Assembly: GCA_003990765.1 (NCBI GenBank)
Contig: RBNJ01000330.1
Coordinates: forward strand, 1 to 32,844
Direction: 5' to 3'
DNA: 32,844 bases
Source: Jimgerdemannia flammicorona
Lineage: Eukaryota
Part shown: positions 11,080 through 23,618 of the stretch, piece by piece
Layout of the letters: each line of letters starts with the position of its first letter
Position numbering within the stretch: position 1 is the first letter of the stretch
Notes under the pieces: generated by a model
Database searches by the model: none
Told to the model about the DNA's origin: nothing
Seen by the model: the letters and a program-made list of their open reading frames with translations, nothing else
Made by a program: the position numbers and the translations under genes

Positions 11080-12720
11080 TTATGGGGCAAGACGACGGAA
11101 ATGAGGAAGATCAGCGCGGGATAAAGCATCAGCAATGCCGTTATCGGACGTCGAGATGAATATAGCACGAAGTTGAAAAGCGTGATGCACCATTTGAAAA
11201 TAGAGCTGGTGGATAAGTTCCAGCAGAAGAGGGTTGTGTGAAGAGCCCGAGTTGATAATAGCGACGACCGCCTGATTATCAGAATGAAGCAATATATGGT
11301 GAAAACACCATTGAGCGCCCCAGGTAGCAGCAGCAGCGACCACGGCGTAAAGTTCCTTGAACTGAATGTCGCGTGAGGCTATATCGGGAGGCCAGGGAGT
11401 GGAAAACTATTCGCTATTGAAATGTGCACCAAAGCCTTAGATCCCGCTGGCGTCTATCCATAATTGTGCATCAGGCTCGTGGAACCATGCCACCGGATAT
11501 ATAACGGAAATGCCATTCCAGTGGGGTAGGATTTCGAGCCACCAATGAATGTCGGCATAGAATTCCTCATTCAGTGAGATATGGAATGAGGCGTTGCCGG
11601 AAAGAAGGTCGATAAACCGCCGCAGGAATGGGCGGCCCAGTGGAATGATTTTACAGGCAAATGCCAAGGAACCAATCAGAGACTGCAGTTGAGGGCATGT
11701 ACATAACGTGCACGATAGCCACTGCTGAAGGGTGGCGAGCAACGTGTCAATCTTGCCGAGAGGCAGGCAGGCTTCCATAGCCATTGTATCCAATTCGATG
11801 CCCAGAAAGACGAGTGACATTGTCAGGCCTTCGACCTTGCACTCTTGAATCGACCAGCTGAGATGACAACAGATAGCAAGAAGTAAACATAGGTCGGAGA
11901 GGGCAAACGGCTGGAGCGGTGGTGAAACGAGGAGAAAATCGTCGATGTAGTAGATGAGCGCGCATATGTCATGATGGTGGGCGATCCATGCAAGAAGTTC
12001 CGCAAAAAGGTTGAAAAGAAATGGTGATGAGGATGCACCAAAAGGAGTGAACCGATTGAAATAAAACTGCCCCGACCACTCGAAACCCAGCAACTCCCAA
12101 TCCGTAGGATGGATGAGAATATGACAATATGCATCGGTGAGGTCGACCTTCGATAGAAGACATCCCTGGCCAAAACGACGAACCAGGTCCAAAGCCTCGT
12201 CGAACTTAATGTAAGAGAGCTGGAAGGCATCGGTATCTATGCCGGTATTCACCGAATCGCCGTGACAGGGCCAAGAAAGGTCGTGAATACGACGCCATGC
12301 GCTATTAGAATTCTTCTTCACGACGGCACTGAGAGGAGATGAGCGAAAGCATTCGAATGGAGGGGATGAGAACGGGCCACAAATTCTACCAGCAGCAACT
12401 TCCCGCTCAATGTCAGACGTGATTGCTTCCGGGTGGTCGAGAGCGGAGCAATGATTATAGGACAGCAGGTGCCAACGAGGCCCATCAAAGCCGAGAAGAG
12501 CGCCTTGAGTAATAGTGGTGATGGCAGCCTGAGCTACCCGCGGGGCAGGATACAACTGGAGCTCACGCGCCCATGCGACAGAGCGAAGAGCAGAAGAAGG
12601 AAGAGGAAAACGACATAGAATGTCTTGAGCAGCTTCGTTGAGAGGGGCGGTAAATGGGTGGCAGAGTAGGGTATTTGGAGCAGCCGGGGGTATGTGTAAA
12701 GAATAAATAGGGGCGAGTTC
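11080..12720 (-). pseudogene. Ngaro pol: reverse transcriptase plus RNase H
   Basis: WRRIHDLSWP, KVDLTDAY, PFGASSSP, YIDDFL, FLGIELDT, WIDASG, DIQFKELY, SDNQAVV, NGIADALSR in one frame, with stops at 11437 and ~11408. Confidence 0.95.
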
Positions 12721-13985
12721 CTAGAGGCGAGACGATGGATTGTGGGAGCATCGATACCACGGATGATCACTATTACAGCGAGAACAGGAATGCACATAAG
12801 GGCATCCTTTTCTATTGCACCCAGGATCCTTCATGGGTGATCCATCGAATAGAATGCCGTTGTATGCCCGACAAGTAGACTGTTGAGAGGCTTTCTCGGT
12901 AGATGAAGCGGAGGAGCCATCAGTAAGACGTAGCCCCCATTGTACGTTGCGAGACTTGAAGGGCTTAAGCGGATTAGATGTAGAGGTCGGAGTTCGCGGA
13001 TGTTGATGTAGACTAAGGATCATAAAGAGGTTGGGGTCGCACTGGGCCCAGTGCTCGCACCATATCAAAGAAACACCATCGTTCGCGATCTTCGCCAGTC
13101 GTTTTGTGTGAAAGGAGACATGATAATCGAGAAGCACAGACCAATACGACAACGTCGATAGTAAAATAAAATCCGCGGCATATGAAAAGAATGGAGTAGG
13201 ATCGGTGAGGCCCGGATACGTGTCATGAAGAACGCTGAAATACGTAAGCAAGGCAGCGAGGAAAGCAGGGACATCCGGAAGATCTTTGATAAGGGATGGC
13301 GGCTTTCGAAGAATAATCTGGGCACCCGATTCGTCAAACGTTTCGATGAATTGAGCATCAGGAAGACCACCGATAGAAACGACATTTCGCTCTAAGAAAT
13401 GGCCGAGCGACATGGCAGTGAACAAATTGTCGATGACCATGGCCAACAGCCATTGATTAACATGGGCGTATTTTAAAGAGAGATTGACACCTCAGACAAT
13501 GGTATGGGCAGAGATGACAGAAGGAGGTATAGGGATGGACTCACCCTGGGGATTACCAGCAGGGCCGTGAATGCCAGTGGACCGAACCGAAGGAATGTCG
13601 GTAAGGGCTGGGATGAGGATGGGAATGCGAGAACCGCCGAAAGAGAGGCAGTAGTGCGATCGATAAAGGCTTAATCGATGATGGGAGATGCGTCCTGACC
13701 AGAAATGGCAGGAACTGCACTAGCCGGTGCCGCCAAAGATACGATGTCAGGGCGAGAGTGTAAGAGCTGAAAAAGTTCATTGAACTGATGGTCTTGTATG
13801 GATGCATGCTCTTGGAGCTGAGCAACGCTGGCTTCAATGGAAACATCAGAGGCCGGTGTGCTGAAAAAAGCTGGTCCGGCTGCCATAGTACTAGCGGGAG
13901 CCTTGGATGCGGCATGCGCTGATAGATGCGTGATTCGGCGGGGTGCGGAAGTAGAGTGATCAGGGAGGGTGGTGAGATAATCCAC
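12721..13985 (-). pseudogene. Ngaro gag-like ORF1 with C-terminal Cys/His zinc-finger cluster (start approximate)
   Basis: C-terminal CRAYN...CNRKGCPYVHSCSRCNSDHPWYRC is typical of DIRS/Ngaro ORF1. The upstream part is broken by stops and one frameshift. Confidence 0.85.
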
Positions 13986-14177
13986 GAGGATAGCAACATT
14001 GGGGTTCTCGCTATCAGATTCCAGGTCATCTTACAGAAAACGGAGCACATGCTCGATGAAATTAATGTCCAAGCGGAAAGGGCAGGTGGCAGAGCCCAGG
14101 TCGTGTTGGCCCTTCAACATATGGGAAGGGTCGTATTGACACAAAAGGCAGGAATTTGCGGAGAGGACTATGGTAAT

Positions 14178-14426
14178 GTAATGAAATGCATACGAATGTA
14201 CGAAAGCACAAAAGCATAAGTGTAAAGCGCATACGAAGTAATGTTGGGTGAATGGTAGAATTACATATAGAAGTAATGCACCTACCACGCTAGTACCAAA
14301 AAAGGAAAGACTATGCCTGATTTAGAAATGCCTTAGACAAACAATGGTGTTGAAACATTTTGGGTGCTATACGCCCAAGACCTTCCTGCATTCATTGACC
14401 TATGGTCTCGAGCGAGCCCCCTCATT
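14178..14426 (-). repeat. Ngaro split direct repeat A1 (249 bp), 5' terminus
   Basis: Direct repeat of 8983-9235. Confidence 0.92.
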
Positions 14427-15538
14427 GTAGCGGCAATTTGTATGTATGTGAATGGGTTCCTTCTTGGGTCAACTGGGAATACTACAATTTGTGTAGTGAG
14501 ACAATTTCCAAAAGTGTGCGATTTCTGGGTGATGGCTTTGGTGCAATGATCTCTGTATAGCACGATGATCTTGATGCAATGATCTCTGTATAGTGCGACT
14601 GGTTCCTTATGCGGATGTTCTGATAATTTGGCAGATAACTCAATTTGTCTACTGGGAATGGAGGACGGCACGGATTCTTCCATATTGGGCTCACTGGGAA
14701 CAAATGAATAACTCAGTGGTGGATAATTTAGATAACTCGGTTAATCTGGATATCGCGAATCAGGCTCTTCTGGGAATACAGATAACTCGGGTGGTGTGAG
14801 TTCTCTGGGAATGCGAATAACTTGAAAATGGCAGATGACGCAGATTCTCCGGAATCGGCGGGCTTCTGGGAAATAACTCGGAAGGCGCAGATTCTTCTAA
14901 ATCGGCAGCTTCAACTGAGGATACGGCAGATAACTTAAAAACGGCGGATAACTTGGATTCTTGGCAAGTTACGTCAAAGACTGGCTCCACTGCAAAGTTG
15001 CGTCAGAAAGACTGGCTTGTGGCAAGGAAGGCAGGCTTTTCTGGGATTCTTCAGGCTTATCTGGCAAGCGAACCAAGGTTTTCTCTTCAAAACAGACTCA
15101 TTCTTTGTATCGGAAAGTGGATCGGAGTGGGGAAATAAGCTCACAATCTCCTAGCAGTGGCTGTAGAGTTCCTCTCGAAATGTGGTAGGCAGATTTGTCT
15201 TTTTGCTTTAATTTCAGACTGAGGTTTATTCACTATTGTCTCTGGGGTAATTTATACATTGTGGTTGCTATCTGGTTGCTATGTGGCTAACTATAGATTT
15301 GCTATCTATGGTAGGTGTACAGAGTCTGTATGGTGTACAGGACCTATATAGTGTACAGAGTCTATATGGTGTACAGAGTCTGTATAGGTAAACAGACCCT
15401 ATCTGGTATGTTCTGCTAATTATACAGTTTCCATAGCAATGGTTGCTGGTTACTATGCTATGTGTTCAGGTCATCTGACTAATTGTTCATGTCATCTAGC
15501 TAAGGTATAATTTGGGTAGTATGTCTTGGTTTGTCACA
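14427..15538 (-). repeat. 5' portion of the family A 5' LTR
   Basis: Aligns with 2235-3340, ends ...TTGTCACA, and is followed by TSD ATAG. Confidence 0.95.
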
Positions 15539-17474
15539 ATAGCCTGGGAGATCTTATAAAATTACCACCAGTAGGCATCTATATCAAATAGATTCCATCT
15601 GTAAGTACAACTGTTCAATCTCTAAATGAAGTTCAAGAAGAGTATCTGAGACTATGCTAACTATATTGATGATCTGGCAAATCAAGTAAATTTCCTTTCT
15701 ATGCTAACATATCTTATCAAGGATGAAGACAAGGTTCTAGTCCTTATATATGATCTTTCCAAGATATATAATATAGTTGTCACCACTATGAAAACTATTA
15801 GACTATAAATATATCATTATGAGTCTCCTGAATGAGAAATTAAGGCTAGATGGCAATGATAATGAAAATAATGAAAAAATATTCTACAGAGCATATAAAT
15901 AAGGCAAAGAAAAACTGAATAAAGGATGAGGGCAAAACCAGTAGTATGATGGTCAATGAGCTAAATTTGATAATAAGTACTTCTACTGTAATAAGTATGA
16001 ATACTATAAGCAAGACTACAACTATAAGAAGAAAGAAAAGAGTGGTCAAGGTAAGTAACATAAACAGATATCAATGTAAGCTATATGCTGAGTATTTATA
16101 TATATCATAAAGAAGTCTGGCTTATGGATTCTGGTGCAATATAGTATATGAAAGTATACTATAAATAGCTCTATATATAAGAAGTTTGAGCACTATATAT
16201 CTCTCAAATTAGGTAACAATAATATCATTTATGCTCAAGGGAAGGGAAATATCAGTAATTATCTATATAGGAATATTGATGAATCCTCAGACATCTTTAT
16301 AGATATATTATATATACTAGATATAGATAAGAACCTCTTCTCAATAGGCTGGAAAATAGCTTGAGGAGATAAAGGAGTAAATAGATATAATGTGATCAAT
16401 CTAAAGAACAATTTGGAGCTAATATATATATCAAAAAGGGGAAATCTATGTGTAATTAATATTATACTGAGTTGTATATTATCTATACATTCTACAATAG
16501 TAACTGATACCTGACATATATAGTATGAATACTTGAAACACATTGGCAAGATAAGCTTTAAATAGATGATAAAAAGTAAATATATATATATAAATTACCA
16601 AACTATATACTATCTGATTTCAGATTTTGTAATAGATATATATATAGTAAATAAGACTTTCTAGTAACTATTTCTATAATGAATAAAGTGAGTGATGGGC
16701 ATTCTCAATATGATATATATGGATATCTGTAGTCCTATGTATGTATACTTCAACATACTTAGAGAAGAGGTACTTTATTACCTTCATTAACAATTATACT
16801 TATAAATTCTATATATACTTTTTTATAGTAAAGAATGAGGCATTTGAAAAATTCCAAGATTTCAAGACAATTATGAAAAACAAAATGGAATATAAAATAT
16901 AGACCCTATGCTCAGATAATGGTAAGAAATATATCAATAAAGCCTTTAGATAGTTCTTGAAGGAGTATAGTATCTAATACTCTATAATAGCTCTCTATAT
17001 ACTTAAACAGAATGGTATGGCAAGACATGATAATTGAATAGTAGTAGAGTTGGCTTAAACAATAGATGAATGGCTGGCTTACTATCTTTTAGGCTGAAGC
17101 AGTGAATATAGTAGCATATATCCAAATCATTATATTTCTCAAGCTCTAAGTAAGGATTTTGGCAGATTTAGTAATAATTAGCAATTTAGAATAATAGTAA
17201 TCTTACTATTAAAGAATTGTAGAATAGATCTAAGCCCAATATCTTGCACCTATAAATATTTAGAAGTGAGACTTATGTCTTAAATATGAGTAATAATGGA
17301 GATAAATTTTAGCCTAAAGTAGATAAGTACATACTCCTTAGATATAATAGAGTAGTATATAGATTATGGAATCTGCAGAAATAGCATATAGTCATCTCTC
17401 CATTCAGTTCAAGGAAATCAAAGAGTAGGAAATTTGAATGAAAATTTCTATTTCTATAAACTCAATAGTACTAC

Positions 17475-18970
17475 TGTGATAAACCAAGACATACTACCCA
17501 AATTATACCTTAGCTAGATGACATGAACAATTAGCCAGATGATGTGAACACATAGCATAGTAACCAGCAACCATTGCTACAGAAACTGTATAATTAGCAG
17601 AACATACCAGATAGGGTCTGTTTACCTGTACAGACTCTGTACACTGTACAGACTCTGTACACTATACAGGTCCTGTACACCATATAGACTCTGTACACCT
17701 GCCATAGATAGCAAATCTATAGTTAGCCATGTAGCAACCAGATAGCAACCACAATGTATAAATTACCACAGAGACAAGAGTGAATAAACCTCAGTCCGAA
17801 AAGTTGAAGCAAACCAAAGAAGCCTCTAAAGATTGAGCATTGGTCCCTTTTCCCCACTCCAGTCCACTTTCTGATACAAAGATTGATTGGTTCACTTGCC
17901 AGATAAGCCTGAAGTTTGCCGCCAAGTTCAAGGAAGAACTTCGCTGCTGTTTCCAAGTTAGAAAGCCTAAAAGAAAGCCGCCTTGCTCAAGCCAGTTTCT
18001 GATGCAACTTTGCAGTGAATCTGTTCGCGCAAACGAAGCCAGTCTTTAACGTAACTTTGCCATGAGACCCTTTCCCAGCCAAGCTGCCGATTCAGAAGAA
18101 TCCGCGCCATCGTATTCCCAGAAGAGCCCACCAATTCAGGAAGAATCTGCGCCATCCGAGTTATTTCCCAGAAGCCCGCCGATTCAGGAGAATCTGCGTC
18201 ATCCGCCGTTTTCAAGTTATCCGCTATATTCCCAGTTGAAGCCACCATTCCCAAGTTATCCGCATTCCCAGAGAAATCCGCACCATCCGAGTTAATTCCC
18301 AGTTGAAGCCGTCGTTTTCGAGAAACCCACCGATTCAGGAGAATCTGTGTCGTCCGCCATTTCCAAGTTATCCGTGTTCCCAGAAGAGCCGATTCGTGAC
18401 ATCTGAGTTATCTGAGTTATCTGAATTATCCACCGCCGAGTTATTTGTTGTTCCCAGTGAAGCCCGAGTTATTGAGTTATCCGCCGCCAGTATAATTCCC
18501 AGTGGACCACTCTAGGAAGAATCCGCGCCATCCTCTATTCCCAGTGAGCCGAATCGAGTTATCCACCAAATTATCAGAACATCCCACATAAGGAAGCCCG
18601 CACTACACAGAGATCGTCACGCAGTAATCGCAAAAGGAGAACCGCCAAATTGCCAGACTGTCACAAGATTATCGCACTACACAGAAATCACCCGCTACTC
18701 AAGAAGGAAACCGCTCATGCTACACACAAATTCTGCCATTCCCAGTTGACCCAAGAAGGAAAGACACAAATCTCTGCTATACCTAGAGATCTGTCCCAAT
18801 AAGGAAACCACTCACAGATATTCAGTTTTGACTATTATACCGCTAAACACCAAGGACCTCAGGAATCTTAGAACATTTTGTTGCTTTTTGACAAAGTAAC
18901 TGGGGGCTCAAGCCAAACTACATCAACCCCCAACCTTGTAATTTGCCTCCATTGAGCCAGGCATGTTATA
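17475..18970 (+). mobile_element. Solo LTR of a family A subfamily (1496 bp) inserted in the copia relic
   Basis: Both ends match the reverse complement of 2043-3340; TSD CTAC at 17471-17474 / 18971-18974; the internal repeat region is expanded. Confidence 0.93.
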
Positions 18971-21900
18971 CTACTAATAATATCTATGCCAATTTTAAAT
19001 AATAGTAAAATAGTATATATATCAGTACTAGTATAACTCATATATATACCAACAAGGCTTTCAGAGCTAAGAATTACAGAAATTATGAATGAGGAAGATG
19101 ACAAGGATATCTCTCTAAAAGGTAAGAAAACATACAAATCTAGATTACAAAACAAAGTCAAAGTAGATTTAGGAGATTATTGAGACAGATATTATATAAA
19201 CTATATCAGTAAGTATACCTATATAGTAATGACTAGTGAGCTAGAAAACAATGATGAAGCCATACACTCAAATGATAAAAAAGAGTGAAAAAGACTATAG
19301 ATAAGAAATATGATTTACTCATTAAGAATAATATATGAAATCTAGTCTCTCTTCTGACAAATCAACAAGTAATAGAATTTTACTAAGTATATAAAATCAA
19401 ATATAATAGTAATGACAACATAGAACAGTATAAGATCCAATTGATAGCAAAGGAGTATTTATAAGAATATAGTATAGACAACAATGAGTCCTGCTCTCTA
19501 GTATTCAAACTTACTTTACTTAGAATACTTCTTGTGATCTGAGCTAAATGCAACTATAAAATCAACTAAATAGATATTAAGACAGCCTTCTTAAATGGAA
19601 ATATAGATACAGAGCTATATATCTATTAATTATAATAATATAAACTATACAATGATGAGCAAAAGAAGCTTCTATACAAGTTATATAGAGATCTCTATAG
19701 TATTATATAAATAATAAGACTGTGGAACCAAAAATCAACAAATATCTCTTAAGTAACAGATTTAAGCATTATGAGACTGATATATATATATACATTTAAC
19801 AATATCCTCAGGATAGTATATCTAGGAATTTGGATCTATAATATTATTCTGGTCAGTATAATAAGTGAGATTATAATATAAAGGTGGATAGTTCTTCTGA
19901 TAGTAATTTTGAATAAACTCCCTATTTGTCTCTTTCTTTTCTTAACTGAGTAGACTGTTTTCTTAGTTAAGTATAGATTTAGGTCACTGTAGTCTTTACT
20001 GTTGCTTTCTTCCTTAAAGTCTTTAATAGAGTGAGCTTTAGTTTTCTTATACTAGATTGTACTCTTTTGATTTGGTGGCTCTGAGTCCATTTGGTCACTT
20101 TTTCTACTATTACAATCTGTATTATAGTATCTGAAAATCCATAATAGAAGTATTGAATTTGAGCTCTATCTCAGAATAGATATCTTCATTCTTCTTATAT
20201 CTAATATATAACTCCTATTATCTCTAGATGAGTAGTTTTGGTTTCTTCAGAGTATGTAACTTCTATTATCTTATAGATAGCTCTGATATTTACATATTGT
20301 AAGTATTTCAATTTATTTAACCAATCAGTCCAACTTAGAGTTGAGGTCATGGATTTCATTTCTCTCTTTCTTCTATCCCTTGACTGACTTTGCTTTTTCT
20401 GGTTTTTTATATACTTAAAGATATCCTTATAGGGCTTTACCCAAGAGTTCTTTCTTATCATCTTTCTTATTATAATTTCTCTTGGTAGTTCCTTGTCTGA
20501 TATTATAAAATTCTTAAGCTCTATCTACTTATTCTTTAGGCTTTCTAATATCTATAGTATAGATATATTGGGTGATATTTGAAGGAATTCTATTTACAAA
20601 GATAATTAAACCTATGGTATTCTGGTTAATATTATTGAACTCAGCTACATATATTCTATTCTAGATTCTAATAATGAATACTCTGGGTGATTTTTTGAGA
20701 TTTATCTATATCTCTAAAATAGATAATTAGACCTTATAATAGATTTCATTTTCTGCATATTTTGTAATAAGCTATTTAGCCATAGCTTCATATTCTCTAT
20801 CTCAAGATATTGCTTTCTAAATAGCAATTCTAAGGTCTGAGTATATATTATTTACAACTTAGTTAAAAATTCCTTTAGATGGTTCTTTGAGTTGGGCTTT
20901 GTAGACAATACTCTTTTTCTAAATAGTAGAATTCTTTAGAGCTATAATTCTTCAATTATATCAAAAAATTCTCTTGAGTCCTCTTTTGGATATGCTGTAA
21001 AGATTAACATTAAGGTGGCTATTTCATCATCACTATCTTTTAGTTCTGATTCTGATTCTAGTTTTCTTTCTAAGTTATTACTAAAGTTCAGAATACTTGG
21101 ATATCTTGAAAATAGAGTTATTGGTCTTAAGTGAGATATAGTAGATTGGAGGTATTCTTAAGAATACTGGACTGAAAGGATCTGCTACTCTAGATAATAG
21201 TGAAATTGATAGTACTTTACTAGAAAACTGATATTAGGTAATATATTCTTACAAGTTTATAGAAAGTTTGAGTATGATATTCTATATTCTCTGGCTGATC
21301 AGGTCTGTTAGTAGTAAGTCTGCTGGTGCTTCTAGAGTATTTTCAAGCTAAACACTTAGTTATAGAACTGGTACTGATTGTAGATTCTGTGCTATACTAA
21401 CTTCTTATTAGGATTCTTTTGATGCTGAGTAATTGAAAAGTCTTAAGGTAATTACTTCTCTTTTTGTCTAAATATAAATAATGACTTATTCTCCTATTTC
21501 AAATATATCTAGTTTGGTTGTTGAGTTTTTATAAGCTGAAAAGTCATCCAGATTTTAGAAATCTTTCTAGTTGAGCTCACAAATATAATATACTAACTCA
21601 ATGAATATAAATTATAAGATTGAGACTATTATTAGATTGGTTTGAGCTCTCAATTACTTTGTCAAAAGTAATAAAATATTCGTAGTTTCTTTCAAAAATA
21701 GATACAATATAAGAGGGTTGCTTTTTAAGGTAACTGTTACATAGTTCTGGAAGGGTTTTCTGAAAGTTCTGGATATTCTGGAAGACTGTTTTCTTATAGT
21801 CAAGATTAATTTCATATGGAGTACATCCTCTATGCTTATTGATTTCAAGATTGAGTTGACATCTCAACCAAAGTCCTTTTTCGGACTAGTTCTGGATGTT

Positions 21901-23319
21901 CAGGATTTTCTGTATTTCAGGAAGTTCAAGAAACTAAGACCAGCTTAGTTGAATTGGCGTATCGCTGCAGACAATACCCAATTAGGAAATTTCGTGATAG
22001 GGTTAGGAGTGGGACCTAACAGGAAGTGGATTTACTTAAGGGTAGTTTGTGGGTTATTGAATAAGTTTATTTGCTATTCATGATATTGCTATACTAGGAG
22101 TAGTTGTGTGAAGGGATATTGTGGGGAAGTATTCAGGAATGTTCTTGTGTGTTCGAGTCTGAGATTCTAAGGTCTGGAGGAGGGGATATTTATACTAATG
22201 AGGGGCTATCTGGACTATGCTGAATATGGATGTAGCACTAAGTGCCTTGCTGAGTCAGAATGCAGTCATGTAGTACAAGTGTGATCTGATATGTCAAGAG
22301 ATCATCTGATGGCTGAGTCAGTTCACAGTCACATCGTACAAGGCTAATCTAACTATACTATGACTGCCAGGCTAATTATGGGTTTAGGCACTATGTATCT
22401 GGGTAGTCCTCAATGATATCACTATTGATTGCATCATCTCTGATGAAGTAGTCATTTAGGAAAAGTGGTTCACAGATTACTTCTCCTTGTTTGCTGAGGT
22501 AGTAATACATTGGGACTTTGTCTCTATCTCACAGGATAGCATCGTCTGTCTTGTAGGCTGGATAAGGTATTGGTAGATAAAGGATGAGTATATCATCTTC
22601 ACTTTCATTGGATTCACTGTCTGTGTACCTTCTATAGGTTACAGCACTATGAGTTGCAGGATTGTAGTAAGCAGGTGGCTGTAGTTCATGTCACTCGTAC
22701 TCAGGTGGTGGAGTGGTTCAAGGGTTGTCTGGAGGTATAGGTTGTGTTCTCCGGTCTCTTCATTGTAGTTGAAGTAATTGGGGGTGAAGGCAGGTTGGTA
22801 TTCGTGCCAGTGGTCATTGTCCCAATAAGTCTCATATACAGTTATGAACTGTTGTAAGTTCATCGGTAAGGTTGGCAGAGTGATCAGGGTTGGCAGAGAT
22901 CCTTGGCTAGAGGTCATGTCAGTGTCAGAGGGATCATTGTCTTCTGCTTTGTCTTCATCAAAGTGGATTATATCATAGATGTCTTTCATGGCATATCCAA
23001 CTTGGGGCATTTGCAGGATATGATTGTTGGGGTGTGGGAAGGTTCTGTCTCTGGTTTTGACGTACTCAAGGTACTTGTGGTTGAGTTCTTGTATCATGTC
23101 ATCGATTTGGCCATAGGACAGGGTAGTAACCATTTCACTGGTGGTAACTTGGAGGTGGGGAATAAAGGTACTATACTCATAGAAGAGTTCTCGATGTTTG
23201 CGGGCAATGAGTTTCTGGTGTTGAGACATCTGGGTAATGTCTGTATCATGGTGGTGTTCGACTATGTCTTCCAGGAGGCGGCTGATCTGGTAGTAGCTTG
23301 AGTGTAAGCACACAACCTC

Positions 23320-23560
23320 CAAGCCACTGAAATTACATGTCACCCTCTGAACAAGCCACTGAAATCACATGCGACCTCTGAACAAATCTGGAAATCACAT
23401 GCGACCTCTGAACAAATCTGGAAATCACCTGTTGATCATGAAGCTGAGTCAAACCAAAGTCACAGCACACAAAGCTGAGTCAAACTGAAGTCACAGAACA
23501 CAAGATCTATACAAATGGAATCTTACCAATCAGGATCAAATGCATATATACCGAGCACTG
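23320..23560 (+). promoter_or_regulatory. Putative promoter 1 of the family B unit: ~30-bp tandem repeats, two TGAGTCA (AP-1/Gcn4-type) sites, TATATA
   Basis: About 3.5 copies of GAAATCACATG.GACCTCTGAACAA; TGAGTCA at 23445 and 23476; TATATA at 23545-23550, ~70 nt before the ATG at 23619. Confidence 0.55.
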
Positions 23561-23618
23561 AGATATGTTGAAACAGAGAACCAAAACAAACAACCACAAA
23601 CTTCCAAAACACACAAAC

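Larger units (their letters stand above)
8716..14426 (-). mobile_element. Ngaro-type tyrosine-recombinase retrotransposon, near full length (5711 bp)
   Basis: gag, RT/RNaseH and YR lie on the minus strand, with split direct repeats A1-coding-B1-A2-B2. Removing it restores the host LTR (GGGT|GTAG) with no TSD. Confidence 0.95.
2043..15538 (-). mobile_element. Ty3/gypsy LTR retrotransposon, family A (dUTPase-bearing, internally deleted)
   Basis: Two ~1.3-kb direct LTRs with TG...CA ends, 4-bp TSD ATAG (2039-2042 / 15539-15542), PBS and PPT, and gag-PR-dUTPase-RT remnants between them. Confidence 0.95.
1650..19865 (+). mobile_element. Degenerate Ty1/copia LTR retrotransposon (gag-PR-IN-RT order), interrupted twice, 3' part lost; LTRs not identified and left boundary approximate
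   Basis: Removing 2043-15538 and one TSD copy rejoins gag (AWEIL). PR WLMDSGA 16118-16138; IN remnants DICSPM (~16723), LCSDNG (~16906), QNGMA (~17008), AEAVN (~17094); RT remnants KNN.*NLV (~19324), LIAK..Y (~19441), DIKTAFLNG (~19573), and a degenerate [W/Y]VDD site at ~19830. Confidence 0.85.

Noticed and set aside
13536..13548. Strong splice donor CAGG|GTGAGT on the minus strand in Ngaro gag
   Set aside because: The sequence reads through as gag codons (PQGES) and no nearby branch point or acceptor is evident. Long-range splicing cannot be assessed without RNA data.
15846..16549. Hydrophobic minus-strand ORFs suggesting membrane or env proteins
   Set aside because: They are antisense to the A-rich, TA-saturated copia relic; the hydrophobicity follows from base composition.
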